This document shows, one piece after another, positions 8,709 to 17,617 of a stretch of 32,000 bases of DNA. Source of the stretch: an uncultured Candidatus Saccharimonas sp. (lineage in GTDB: Bacteria > Patescibacteriota > Saccharimonadia > Saccharimonadales > Saccharimonadaceae); contig CAURWT010000002.1 in assembly GCA_963528875.1 (NCBI GenBank), forward strand, positions 30,001 to 62,000, given 5' to 3'. The position numbers and the translations under genes were made by a program. Under the pieces are notes generated by a model. It saw only the letters and a program-made list of their open reading frames with translations, had not been told where the DNA came from and made no database searches. The first letter of the stretch is position 1. The number at the start of each line of letters is the position of its first letter.

Positions 8709-8878
8709 GTCTAGTGAGTTTCCTCTTTCTAGTGAATGAACCTGTGTGTTGGTGATTTCAGCTAGAAAGGTAAAGACATTTTTCGAAAATGCTGTTTCGA
8801 AAAATATGAGGCACTTTTTTGAAAACCTTATCAACTTTCGAAAAGGTGAAAATATTAAAATAATTTAAGGGAGAATTG

Positions 8879-9289
8879 ATGCCAACTATCAATCAATTAG
8901 TGCGAAAACCTCGAAAAACTGCTGTGAAAAAATCAAAATCGCCAGCACTTGGTCGAATTCATAATGCACTAAAAACTAAATATTATGCACAAAATGCACC
9001 ACTAAAACGTGGAGTTTGTGTTAAAGTCACAACAAAAACACCTAAAAAGCCTAACTCAGCTCTTCGAAAAGTTGCTCGTGTTCGCTTAACAAATGGCCAC
9101 GAAGTTTGGGCTTATATTGGTGGTGAAGGCCACAACCTTCAAGAACACGCCGTAGTTTTGGTTCGCGGTGGACGCGTGCCAGACCTTCCAGGTGTGCGAT
9201 ATCACATCGTTCGTGGTGCACTTGACCTTCAAGGTGTTGCAGATCGTAAACAAGGCCGTTCGAAATACGGTGCGAAGAAGGAGAAATAA
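8879..9289 (+). CDS. rpsL: 30S ribosomal protein S12
   Basis: [10 protein letters not shown]..., [26 protein letters not shown]. Start taken at ATG 8879, not track TTG 8876. Confidence 0.97.
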   Translation: MPTINQLVRKPRKTAVKKSKSPALGRIHNALKTKYYAQNAPLKRGVCVKVTTKTPKKPNSALRKVARVRLTNGHEVWAYIGGEGHNLQEHAVVLVRGGRVPDLPGVRYHIVRGALDLQGVADRKQGRSKYGAKKEK

Positions 9290-9291
9290 AG

Positions 9292-9771
9292 ATGCCACGA
9301 AAAGTTACTAAAAAACTACAACGAGAACTAAAACCAGACCGAAAATATCAATCAATTTTAGTTCAACGTTTAATTAACAAATCTATGCTTGATGGTAAGA
9401 AACTTACTGCCGAAAAAGCTGTCTACAAAGCTCTTGAAACTGCAGCTAAAAAACTTGATAGCGAAAACCCTCTTGAAGTTTTCGAAAAAGCACTAAAAAA
9501 TATTTCACCAGCTTTCGAAGTTAAGTCTCGACGCGTTGGTGGTGCAAACTATCAAATTCCATTCCCAGTTCAAGGACACCGACAGCTCCACTTTGCATTT
9601 AGCTGGTTGGTTCAATCAGCACGAGCACGAAGCGGAATGCCTTATAGTCAACGCTTGGCACTTGAAATTGTTGATGCTTATAATGAAACTGGAGCAGCCT
9701 TCAAAAAGAAAGAAGATACTCATAAAATGGCAGAAGCCAACCGAGCTTTTGCACACTTTGCACGAGGCTAA
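9292..9771 (+). CDS. rpsG: 30S ribosomal protein S7
   Basis: 159 aa, MPRK..., GGANYQIPFPV, KKKEDTHKMAEANRAFAHF. Starts 2 nt after rpsL. Confidence 0.97.
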   Translation: MPRKVTKKLQRELKPDRKYQSILVQRLINKSMLDGKKLTAEKAVYKALETAAKKLDSENPLEVFEKALKNISPAFEVKSRRVGGANYQIPFPVQGHRQLHFAFSWLVQSARARSGMPYSQRLALEIVDAYNETGAAFKKKEDTHKMAEANRAFAHFARG

Positions 9772-9782
9772 TCTAAATAAAG

Positions 9783-9815
9783 TCACTCTTTTCCGAAAGG
9801 GTGATTTTTGTTTTT
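9783..9815 (+). terminator. Intrinsic terminator after rpsG
   Basis: TCACTCTT-ttccga-AAGGGTGA (one G-U pair) followed by TTTTTGTTTTT. Confidence 0.7.
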
Positions 9816-9880
9816 ATAAAAATACATAAGCTGCTTGGAATTTTCGAAAAGATGTGGTAAAATTGTACGGAAAGGGAAAA

Positions 9881-10549
9881 ATGGATAGAACGAGAAGTGC
9901 ATACAGACGACTTGGTCGAATACACAAAATTTATCACGGAGGAAGGATTTCGAAAGATCGTCTTGTTGGTTTAATTGATGGCGCCACCGCGATTATTATT
10001 ACGCTTATGGTGCTTGAAATCCAATTGCCAAAATCAGTTAGAGATTTAGCTCAGCTGGAAAGTTTTGGATTTGCAATTTTGATTTACTTTGCAAGTTTTG
10101 TGATCGTTGGAATCCAGTGGAATCGTCATCATCACACTTTAGATAGAGTTGAAAAGGTTACGAATAGCTTTATCTGGAAAAACATGATTTATGTTTTCTT
10201 TTTGTCGCTTATTCCACTATTTATGCGCTGGGTGCTCTCTTCGCCAACGGAGGTTTTACCTGCTTTCTGTTATGCAATGGTTTACCTTTTTACAGATTTA
10301 AGCATGCGCTGGATTACTGCGAGTGCCTTAGGCGAAAATACAGGATTCTTTCACGGCGAAAATCGTAAAGTTCAAAGAAATTACCATTTAATTCGCACGG
10401 GAATGATGGTTTTGTGGATTGCAATTATTGCGTTGATATCGATTTTTCTGCCGCAGGTTGAAATTTTCTTTTTGATTATTTTACCAGTGGCAATTTCACT
10501 ATTTACAGTTTTTGAAGATGAAAAGGAGGAACTAGAAAATGGTAAATAA
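9881..10549 (+). CDS. TMEM175/DUF1211-family putative potassium channel
   Basis: TM1 signature RLVGLIDGATAIIITLMVLEI (compare RxxxFSDGvfAIaiTLLvLEl), then FVIVGIQWNRHHH and SLIPLF. About six predicted TM helices. Start taken at ATG 9881 after GGAAAGGGA, not track GTG 9854. Confidence 0.7.
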   Translation: MDRTRSAYRRLGRIHKIYHGGRISKDRLVGLIDGATAIIITLMVLEIQLPKSVRDLAQLESFGFAILIYFASFVIVGIQWNRHHHTLDRVEKVTNSFIWKNMIYVFFLSLIPLFMRWVLSSPTEVLPAFCYAMVYLFTDLSMRWITASALGENTGFFHGENRKVQRNYHLIRTGMMVLWIAIIALISIFLPQVEIFFLIILPVAISLFTVFEDEKEELENGK

Positions 10550-11474
10550 CATGATTGGTGGAATGCTTCTAATGGTAGTCTTTCTAATGATTTTAGGAAT
10601 TGCACAGATCGCATTTTTTGTCTGGGCTATTGTTGAAATTATTCTTTTCAATAAAAAAGTTAAAGAGCAAACTTTAAAAATTGGTGACGTTAAACGAGCT
10701 TCAATGGCACTACCGCTCGGCTTAAATATACTAGGATTAATTTTATTCTTCGTAATAGTTAAGCCAGCTATTAAAAATGACCCTATTGCAAATAAAAAAG
10801 CAAATCTTTTCTGTTGGTTGTCGTATATAATTTTTACCATCTTATCCGTTACAATTTACGGCTTAACAACTATAAATGCATTAAATACAATAAAAAATGT
10901 AGCTAATGAGACTACACAGCATAATACAACAGGCTTGGTGGAAGATGAACTGTTTAATAAGGATAAAATTAAAGAGCGAACCAGAAAAGCTAAAAATGCA
11001 GGTAAGTTCATATCTGAGGAAGGTGCTTTTGCAATCAAAGCGAAAGGATGTGATAATTTTACAAAACAAAATACTGGTGATAATTCAGTTGGCTATGTTT
11101 GCGCATCCTCAGACTCCACAAATAATGCAATAAACGCCTACATCATTGGTTATACAGACACAGATGAAAATTATGAAGACACTCAAAAACTTAGCAAGGA
11201 GGAATTAATCCACTCTGCGATCAATGGTGTCGGCGGTAATTTTTCAAGTTATGTTTCAGAAGAAGATTTCAAAGTAATCGATTTCAAAGGAGTTCGGGCA
11301 GTCGAAGGAAATATCTCACACAACAGTCAATTTATAAAAATATTAGCCCTACCTACTAAAAAAGATAAGTCCGGGAAGACTCGAGCATTCTTTATTACGA
11401 TGGTTTCAAATAATGGCGGAGATATTCTTGATAATAATTTTGCAAATTTCTCCGATTCTTTCGAAAGATTGTAA
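10539..11474 (+). CDS. Hypothetical membrane protein (about 3 N-terminal TM helices plus a soluble C-terminal domain)
   Basis: 311-aa ORF overlapping the previous stop by 11 nt. Hydrophobic N-terminus. No recognisable domain. Confidence 0.6.
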   Translation: MVNNMIGGMLLMVVFLMILGIAQIAFFVWAIVEIILFNKKVKEQTLKIGDVKRASMALPLGLNILGLILFFVIVKPAIKNDPIANKKANLFCWLSYIIFTILSVTIYGLTTINALNTIKNVANETTQHNTTGLVEDELFNKDKIKERTRKAKNAGKFISEEGAFAIKAKGCDNFTKQNTGDNSVGYVCASSDSTNNAINAYIIGYTDTDENYEDTQKLSKEELIHSAINGVGGNFSSYVSEEDFKVIDFKGVRAVEGNISHNSQFIKILALPTKKDKSGKTRAFFITMVSNNGGDILDNNFANFSDSFERL

Positions 11475-11490
11475 TTTAACCCAATAAAAT

Positions 11491-11515
11491 AGCCCTTGTC
11501 ATGAGGGTTATTTTA
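11491..11515. terminator. Bidirectional hairpin between convergent genes
   Basis: AGCCCT-tgtcatg-AGGGTT flanked by A/T runs on both strands. Confidence 0.6.
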
Positions 11516-12094
11516 TTATTTTGTACGAAAAAATAAGATTTTTGCGCCAGAATATAGCTTTTCACTAATTAAAATTAAATTTTCTGCTTTAAAATTTTCA
11601 ATTTCTTTGGGTTGCGATAGAACTAATATTCCACCAGATCTTAACCTTTTCGAAAGCCTTTCAATAGACGGAAATTGAGGGTCGTAGTATGGCGGATCAG
11701 CAAAAATTATATCAAAAGTTGGAATTTCTAAAATTTCACCAATTTCGAATTGAGATTGGCTCGACCCAATCCAGCCCGAAACACTACTTCGAATTATTTT
11801 AGCTTCTCCAGCGTTTTCATTCTTCTCAATAATTTTTAAATTTTCGGCCAATATTTTTTGTGCTAATCTATTCTTTTCGATAAAAACTACTTTTTTAGCA
11901 CCACGAGAAATCGCTTCAAGACCTAAAGATCCAGTTCCAGCGAAAGCATCAAGAACTTCAGCATTTGGAATTTCCGCCTGAATTGTATTAAAAATTGCGT
12001 TTCTTGCTCGTTCGCTCATTGGGTGAGTTTGGCGAGAATTCGGAGCTGTGATTTTATGATTTTTAAAAATCCCTGAAATCAACCGAATATTCAT
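11516..12094 (-). CDS. rsmD: 16S rRNA (guanine966-N2)-methyltransferase
   Basis: DAFAGTGSLGLEAISRGA SAM motif and FADPPY motif, 192 aa. ATGA overlap with the upstream gene. Confidence 0.85.
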   Translation of the reverse strand: MNIRLISGIFKNHKITAPNSRQTHPMSERARNAIFNTIQAEIPNAEVLDAFAGTGSLGLEAISRGAKKVVFIEKNRLAQKILAENLKIIEKNENAGEAKIIRSSVSGWIGSSQSQFEIGEILEIPTFDIIFADPPYYDPQFPSIERLSKRLRSGGILVLSQPKEIENFKAENLILISEKLYSGAKILFFRTK

Positions 12095-12957
12095 TTTTTA
12101 TCCTCAGATTTATTTTTTATATTTTCAAAATCTTCTTCAAGAGCTCGACGAATACCTTCAAACCATCCGAGAGCTACAATTTTTGAGATTTCAGGTAAGA
12201 GATCATGCTTAGTCTCTCGTGCTAAAGCAGTCGTCCAGCCTTTCTCTAAATACCTTTCGTAATATTTTTGGTCGGCGACCCACTTAATTTTTTCTTCAAA
12301 AATTTGCATAAATTCGCCCTTTAAAACTCGCAAAATTTCTTCATCTGTTGGGCTCTTTATAATTTTCTTTGCAGCAACTGAAGTTATCATTGTAGCAACG
12401 CCCATTTCATAAAGCATATGTGAGCTCATTACGCCTTTCGGCCCAATATATTCCCAGTTCTTCAAAATCCGCTCGCGCCAATTTTCTCCAGAAAGAAACA
12501 TCTTTTTAATCAATTTATCGCGTTCTTCAGGTTTTTTCCCAGAAATTTCAATAATTTTATCAGTCATCGGGAACTGATGAGCTGGTGTTAAGGCATCAGT
12601 TATTGCATGTGCCATCCAACCGGCTTCAAAACTTGCTCGTACAAAATTTTCTTCGTTCAAAGCTTTCGAAATATTAAAAAGATGGTTTTCAACGTAGCTT
12701 CGAATTGGCGCTAAATCGCCATAAGGCTCAACAAAATGCCAAGGTTCATCTTTTCCTGGTGATTTTGTTTTAATCCCATCAGGACCACCATTTCCCTCAA
12801 AAACTAAAATTTCATCAATTTTAGGGAAGTGAATTTTTGAGAATTTTGGATTTTTCGAAATAATTTCGCGCAAAATTAAGCGAGCCGCCCGATCAATTTT
12901 TTGATGCGTTCCAGCAATTTTGTCTGCTTTTTGAAAAGGAGTTGCTCTTGAATACAT
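12091..12957 (-). CDS. Hypothetical protein, possibly zinc-dependent phospholipase C / P1-nuclease-like fold
   Basis: THQKIDRAARL, DEPWHF and AGWMAHAITDALTPAH resemble the His-rich metal motifs of that superfamily (weak, from memory). Start set to ATG 12957 on promoter geometry, not 13032. Confidence 0.45.
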   Translation of the reverse strand: MYSRATPFQKADKIAGTHQKIDRAARLILREIISKNPKFSKIHFPKIDEILVFEGNGGPDGIKTKSPGKDEPWHFVEPYGDLAPIRSYVENHLFNISKALNEENFVRASFEAGWMAHAITDALTPAHQFPMTDKIIEISGKKPEERDKLIKKMFLSGENWRERILKNWEYIGPKGVMSSHMLYEMGVATMITSVAAKKIIKSPTDEEILRVLKGEFMQIFEEKIKWVADQKYYERYLEKGWTTALARETKHDLLPEISKIVALGWFEGIRRALEEDFENIKNKSEDKK

Positions 12958-12964
12958 ATAAACT

Positions 12965-12993
12965 ATTTTACCATTCTTCGTAATAAAAATCAA
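12965..12993 (-). promoter_or_regulatory. Sigma70-type promoter, leaderless configuration (12957 gene)
   Basis: Minus strand: TTGATT (12993-12988), 17 bp, TGgTAAAAT (-10 at 12970-12965), 7 nt, ATG 12957. Confidence 0.55.
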
Positions 12994-12996
12994 AAG

Positions 12997-13025
12997 TTGA
13001 AATTTAATTGTGCTTGTGTTAAAAT
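12997..13025 (+). promoter_or_regulatory. Sigma70-type promoter, leaderless configuration (FAD oxidase)
   Basis: TTGAAA (12997-13002), 17 bp, TAAAAT (13020-13025), 7 nt, ATG 13033. Confidence 0.55.
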
Positions 13026-13032
13026 GGAACAA

Positions 13033-14631
13033 ATGAGTAAAATTGCGAAATATCTAAATGGACACATTATTGGCGAAGTTTCGGCGCGCGAAACTCGATT
13101 GAAGCAGTTTTCAACCGACCGAAGTTTTCTTAAAATTCAACCGGAATTAGTAGTTTACCCACGTTTTAGTGAAGATATTCAAAAAATTATGCGGTTTTCT
13201 TGGCAGCTAGCTGAAAAAGGTCATATTTTTGGTGTTACGGCAAGAGGCTACGGCGGAAGTACCGATGGTTCTTCAATTGGAAAAGGAATTATATTAGATA
13301 TTTCACGGCATCTTGATAAAGTTAAAGAGCTTGATTTACGAGCTAAAACCGTTCAGGTTCAAGCCGGGGCAAATTTTCAAAAATTGAATCTTGCGATTGC
13401 ATCACAAGCGATGGAAATTCCGCAAAGTCCAGCTGGCGAAAGGCTCACAGTTGGTGGGGCGATCGCAATGAATTTGCCAAGCGAAAAGTTTAATTATGGC
13501 GACTTAGTAAATTCCGTTAGCGAAGTTGAGGTTGTCTTAAGTAATGGTGATATCATTAATATTGGAAAAATTTCTCGCAAGGAATTAAGCGAAAAAATCG
13601 CACTTTCTAATTTTGAAGGAGAGATTTATCGTAAAATTGACACTTTAATTGAAGATAATTACAGTTTAATTCAGCAAATCGACAGCGATTCTAGCTTCGG
13701 CTATTCTGGAATTGCAAATGTAAAAAATGAAGATGGAACCTTCAATTTAATTCCGTTATTTTTTGGTTCGCTCGGAACGATAGGAATTATCACCGAGGCG
13801 AAGATTCAAACAAGTTATATAATCAATGAGACCAATTTTATGGTTGTAAGTTTTTCGAATCGCGATGATGCACGTGATTTTAACGATGAAATTGCCAAAT
13901 TCACACCAGATATTGTTGAATTGTTTGATGGCAAAATGTTTGAAGCTGCTGTTGCTTCTGGTAAAAAATACCAATTCTATCTTGATAGGAATTCACAAAA
14001 ATTAGCCACAAAATTAGTTTTAGTTGTTGGAATTTCAGATAAAAGCGCGAAGAAAATTACATCAAAAATACATAAAATTGAAAAAATTGCCAAGAAATTT
14101 GAAGGCGCAACCGTTTGGATTCCAGAAGATGATGAACGTTCGAAAGCTGAACTTGAAGCAATTCGTGATGTTCGTGAAATTTTGCGAGCAAGGAGCGGTG
14201 TAATCAAGCAAGAGATCTACCCAATTCAAGGTGTTTATGTACCAATGGAGCGTTTCGAAACTTTCTATTTAGGGCTTCAAAAACTTGCCTTACAACACAG
14301 CATTCCCGCACCAATTCAAGGTTCAGCACTAACCTCTATTTTTGAAATTCTAGCTGAATTCGACTTTTCGAAAATTAGCGACCGTCAAAAATCACTAAAA
14401 TTTATTGCCGACCTTGGTGCTTTACTTGCAAAAGTTGATGGTGAATTTGCGTATGGTGCAGGTGAAGGGCGAATTTATGGTCATTTTGTTGCAAGAAATA
14501 TCAGTGAAGAAATTGAAGAATTATATTCGCAAATTAAAGACATTTTCGACCCAATGCATATTTTGAATCCTGGCGTAAAAGGTCGCCCAGATACTAAAGA
14601 ATTAGTGAAATCGGTTCGAAATGGAAAATAA
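13033..14631 (+). CDS. FAD-binding oxidoreductase (PCMH-type, GlcD / D-lactate dehydrogenase-like)
   Basis: FAD_binding_4-like N-terminal half: VVYPRFSEDIQKIMRF...VTARGYGGSTDGSSIGKGIILDISR...VQVQAGANF. C-terminal LNPGV motif. Confidence 0.75.
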   Translation: MSKIAKYLNGHIIGEVSARETRLKQFSTDRSFLKIQPELVVYPRFSEDIQKIMRFSWQLAEKGHIFGVTARGYGGSTDGSSIGKGIILDISRHLDKVKELDLRAKTVQVQAGANFQKLNLAIASQAMEIPQSPAGERLTVGGAIAMNLPSEKFNYGDLVNSVSEVEVVLSNGDIINIGKISRKELSEKIALSNFEGEIYRKIDTLIEDNYSLIQQIDSDSSFGYSGIANVKNEDGTFNLIPLFFGSLGTIGIITEAKIQTSYIINETNFMVVSFSNRDDARDFNDEIAKFTPDIVELFDGKMFEAAVASGKKYQFYLDRNSQKLATKLVLVVGISDKSAKKITSKIHKIEKIAKKFEGATVWIPEDDERSKAELEAIRDVREILRARSGVIKQEIYPIQGVYVPMERFETFYLGLQKLALQHSIPAPIQGSALTSIFEILAEFDFSKISDRQKSLKFIADLGALLAKVDGEFAYGAGEGRIYGHFVARNISEEIEELYSQIKDIFDPMHILNPGVKGRPDTKELVKSVRNGK

Positions 14632-15196
14632 ACCAAATTTCGAAACTGGCGAAGGTTTAACCGTTCAAAACGATACCCGAAATGTGATTGATAAATATAA
14701 GGGTGTATCGGTTGAAGAAATTAAAAAAGATCTTGAAACTTCGCGGCACAATTTTCATATTGCTGTTGAGAACTTTCAGCACGATTTTAATATTGGCACA
14801 ATCGCTCGAAACGCCAATGCTTTTAACGCTGCAGGAATTCATATTATTGGCAAAAAACACTGGAATCGACGCGGTGCGATGAAGACAGAGGCTTATATGA
14901 ATGTTTTTCATCATAAGACCGTGCAAGATTTCATAGATTGGGCGAAAGATAATAAATTTAAACTTATTGCAATTGACAACCAGAAAGGCGCAAAGAATCT
15001 AAACAATGCACAACTTTCGAAAGGTTCTATTTTGGTTTTCGGAAACGAGAGCGATGGTCTTTCAGAAGAAATGATCAAGGCCTGCGAAGAAATGATCGCA
15101 ATTGAACAATTTGGCTCAACGAGAAGTGTTAATGTCGGAGTGGCTAGTGGCATTTTAATGTACGAATTCGTGCGGCGAAATTATTTGGCAAAATAA
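14621..15196 (+). CDS. SpoU/TrmH-family RNA 2'-O-methyltransferase
   Basis: NIGTIARNANAF, LVFGNESDGLS, SVNVGVASGILMYEF. Overlaps the upstream stop by 11 nt. Confidence 0.8.
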   Translation: MENKPNFETGEGLTVQNDTRNVIDKYKGVSVEEIKKDLETSRHNFHIAVENFQHDFNIGTIARNANAFNAAGIHIIGKKHWNRRGAMKTEAYMNVFHHKTVQDFIDWAKDNKFKLIAIDNQKGAKNLNNAQLSKGSILVFGNESDGLSEEMIKACEEMIAIEQFGSTRSVNVGVASGILMYEFVRRNYLAK

Positions 15197-15274
15197 TTAT
15201 TCATTAGACAACAGCAGTTTATTTTTATATCTTTTTATTTTTCATAAATGAGGACTGCATATTTATAAACTATT

Positions 15275-15298
15275 GAGCGCTTATTAGCACTCTTTTTT
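15275..15298 (+). terminator. Probable intrinsic terminator
   Basis: GAGCGC-ttatta-GCACTC (one mismatch) followed by TTTTTT. Confidence 0.5.
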
Positions 15299-15325
15299 GC
15301 ATAAAAAAATAGGGTGTGTTATAAT
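15297..15325 (+). promoter_or_regulatory. Sigma70-type promoter, leaderless or near-leaderless (tig)
   Basis: TTGCAT (15297-15302), 17 bp, TGtTATAAT (-10 at 15320-15325), 9 nt, ATG 15335. Confidence 0.55.
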
Positions 15326-15334
15326 TATATAGAT

Positions 15335-16615
15335 ATGAAGATAAAGTTAAAGAATATTTCAGATGTAAAAGTTGAGCTTACAATTTCTCTTGGAGCTGAG
15401 GAATTAAAAGCCGCTGAGCAAGTTGCGCTAACAAAGCTCGCTAAAGAAGTTAAAATTGAAGGCTTTCGAAAAGGAAAAGCACCCCTCGAAATGGTTGCTG
15501 CGCAAGTTGATCCAAATTTGCTTAATCAAGAAACGCTTGAAAACGCGCTTTCAAAATCTGTCGCTGAAGCATTTCTAAAAGAAAAAGTTCAAGCAATTAA
15601 TCGACCAGAAGTTGATGTTAAAAAATTTATTCCTGGAACCGAGCTAGAATTTACCGCAACTACCGAAATCATGCCAAAAGTTGAACTTGGCGACTATAAA
15701 AAATTAGGCGTAAAAAAAGAAGCTGTAAAAGTTTCGAAAAAAGAAGTTAAAGAAACAATCGATCGAATTTTAAAGAATTTTGCCGAAAAGAAAAAAGTTG
15801 AGCGTGAGGCAAAAAATGGTGATGAAGTCATCATCGACTTTTTAGGCAAAAAAGATGGCGTAGCCTTTGATGGTGGAAAAGCTGAAAAATTTCCTCTTGA
15901 ACTTGGCTCAAAATCTTTCATTCCTGGGTTTGAAGAAGGTTTGATTGGTAGAAAAGCTGGCGATGAACTTTCACTCGATTTAGAATTTCCAAAAGATTAC
16001 CACGCAAAAGACTTGGCTGGTGCAAAAGTTGTTTTTGAAGTAAAAATTCACGAAGTTCGAGAAAATATTGAGCCAGAAATCAACGAAGAATTTCTTTCAA
16101 AATTAGGTGATTTCAAAACTAAAGAAGAATTCGAAAAACAGATTGAAGAAGATTTGAAAACTCAAAAACAAGCTGAAGCAGATGAAAAATTTAAAGACGA
16201 ACTTGTTAAAAAATTAGCAGAAGTTTCGAAAGTTCCCGTGCCAGAAATTTTGCTTGAAGATCAAAAGCGCAGCATTGAAATGGATATGCAACAAAATTTG
16301 ATGTATTCTGGGCTTTCACTTGAAGACTATCTTGAACGAATGGGTAAAACTCGTGAAGAATGGCTCGAAAAAGATGTTAAAGAAGCAGCTGAAATGCGCG
16401 TAAAATCTGGATTGGCTTTAGCAGAACTTTCGAAAGTTCAAAAAGTTAAGTCAGACACTAAAGAGCTTGATGCCCGAATTGCACAACTTAAAGAACAATA
16501 CGGAAACAGCAAAGAGGTTCAAAAACAGCTTTCATCAGATGACGTTCGCCGAAACTTAGCAAACCAAATTTTAACCGAAAAAACAATTGATTTATTAGTA
16601 AAATTTAATTCATAG
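15335..16615 (+). CDS. tig: Trigger factor
   Basis: Ribosome-binding signature GFRKGKAP, FKBP-type PPIase middle domain (IDFLGKKDGVAFDGG), Lys/Glu-rich C-terminal arm. Start at ATG 15335, not track GTG 15314. Confidence 0.92.
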   Translation: MKIKLKNISDVKVELTISLGAEELKAAEQVALTKLAKEVKIEGFRKGKAPLEMVAAQVDPNLLNQETLENALSKSVAEAFLKEKVQAINRPEVDVKKFIPGTELEFTATTEIMPKVELGDYKKLGVKKEAVKVSKKEVKETIDRILKNFAEKKKVEREAKNGDEVIIDFLGKKDGVAFDGGKAEKFPLELGSKSFIPGFEEGLIGRKAGDELSLDLEFPKDYHAKDLAGAKVVFEVKIHEVRENIEPEINEEFLSKLGDFKTKEEFEKQIEEDLKTQKQAEADEKFKDELVKKLAEVSKVPVPEILLEDQKRSIEMDMQQNLMYSGLSLEDYLERMGKTREEWLEKDVKEAAEMRVKSGLALAELSKVQKVKSDTKELDARIAQLKEQYGNSKEVQKQLSSDDVRRNLANQILTEKTIDLLVKFNS

Positions 16616-16634
16616 TTTTAAAAATTTTATAAAA

Positions 16635-16659
16635 ACAGGCTCGAAAGGGCTTGTTTTTG
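16635..16659 (+). terminator. Intrinsic terminator after tig
   Basis: ACAGGCTC-gaaa-GGGCTTGT followed by TTTTTG. Confidence 0.65.
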
Positions 16660-16710
16660 TTTATACTTTATTTTATAATAATTATAGTTAGCACATTTGG
16701 AGGTGGTTTT

Positions 16711-17235
16711 ATGATTTCTTTAGAAGAAGCCGCAAAGGATACAACGCTTGATTCAAAAAACTTGACGCTTGTTGTTCATAAGCAAATTATTTTGTCAATT
16801 CGAGCGATTGATTGGGAAGGTTTATTTTCTTATACTCTGCGAGATAGTTTTAGAGCTAAAAATTTAGAGCTTGATTATTCGGGATTGTTAATTCCTGAAA
16901 GGGGAGTTTCTCCCGACAAACCATCGGTTTCTTTTAGCTTTTTAATTAATGACAATAATTTTGAGATAACAGAATGCTCAAAATTAAAAATCCGTAAGAT
17001 TATCGAAAAGATACTTCATGATTGTTTGGGTTACAACCCTTTTAAGCCTCTTAAAGAAATTGAAATTGGTGGAAGGTATAGACACTATAAGGGTGGGGAA
17101 TACGAAATTTTAAATATTTCTCACCACACAGAACAAGATGAAGAACTCGTAAATTACTGCGAAGTTGGTAATAGTAAAATCTGGTCACGGCCAAAAGATA
17201 TGTTTATGGACGGTAGATTTCAACCAATAGATTAA
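16711..17235 (+). CDS. DUF1653-domain protein with an unplaced N-terminal domain
   Basis: C-terminal GRYRHYKGGEYEILNISHHTEQDEELVNY...WSRPKDMF matches the DUF1653 pattern. RBS GGAGGTG precedes ATG 16711; track TTG 16651 rejected. Confidence 0.7.
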   Translation: MISLEEAAKDTTLDSKNLTLVVHKQIILSIRAIDWEGLFSYTLRDSFRAKNLELDYSGLLIPERGVSPDKPSVSFSFLINDNNFEITECSKLKIRKIIEKILHDCLGYNPFKPLKEIEIGGRYRHYKGGEYEILNISHHTEQDEELVNYCEVGNSKIWSRPKDMFMDGRFQPID

Positions 17236-17241
17236 AATTTT

Positions 17242-17265
17242 AGCTCGCATTGCGAGCTTTTTTTC
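17242..17265 (+). terminator. Intrinsic terminator
   Basis: AGCTCGCA-t-TGCGAGCT palindrome followed by TTTTTTT. Confidence 0.8.
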
Positions 17266-17333
17266 GTTTTCTGAATATTGTTTTTTTATTAAACTTATGC
17301 TTTAATTAATATAAAATTACGAGAAAGGAATTT

Positions 17334-17585
17334 ATGAAATTTTTCGAAAAAAGAGATTTATCAATTTTACATATTATTTTAACTATTATTCTTCTTATTG
17401 GGCTGGTTGTAAATAGTATCGTTCTTGGGATTTTTTATAGTGATTATCTTAAAAATTCTGATGGACAGCAAAAAATTGAAAAAAATTACCAAGATCGAAT
17501 TGAATCACTCGAGAGAAAGCTCGACCTCAAATATTCACCAAACAAAAACGGAGAATATTCACATAAATCACAAAGCGAACTCTAA
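17334..17585 (+). CDS. Small membrane-anchored hypothetical protein
   Basis: 83 aa, one N-terminal TM helix (ILHIILTIILLIGLVVNSIVLGIF) and a charged tail. RBS AAAGGA. Confidence 0.55.
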   Translation: MKFFEKRDLSILHIILTIILLIGLVVNSIVLGIFYSDYLKNSDGQQKIEKNYQDRIESLERKLDLKYSPNKNGEYSHKSQSEL

Positions 17586-17601
17586 ACAAGGTTCGCTTTT
17601 T
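17574..17601 (+). terminator. Intrinsic terminator overlapping the end of the 17334 gene
   Basis: AGCGAAC-10 nt-GTTCGCT followed by TTTT. Confidence 0.6.
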
Positions 17602-17602
17602 A

Positions 17603-17611
17603 TGATAAAAT
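17603..17611 (+). promoter_or_regulatory. Extended -10 element, leaderless configuration (helicase-nuclease)
   Basis: TGaTAAAAT, then 6 nt (aggaga) to ATG 17618. The AGGAGA is too close to the ATG to act as an SD. Confidence 0.45.
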
Positions 17612-17617
17612 AGGAGA

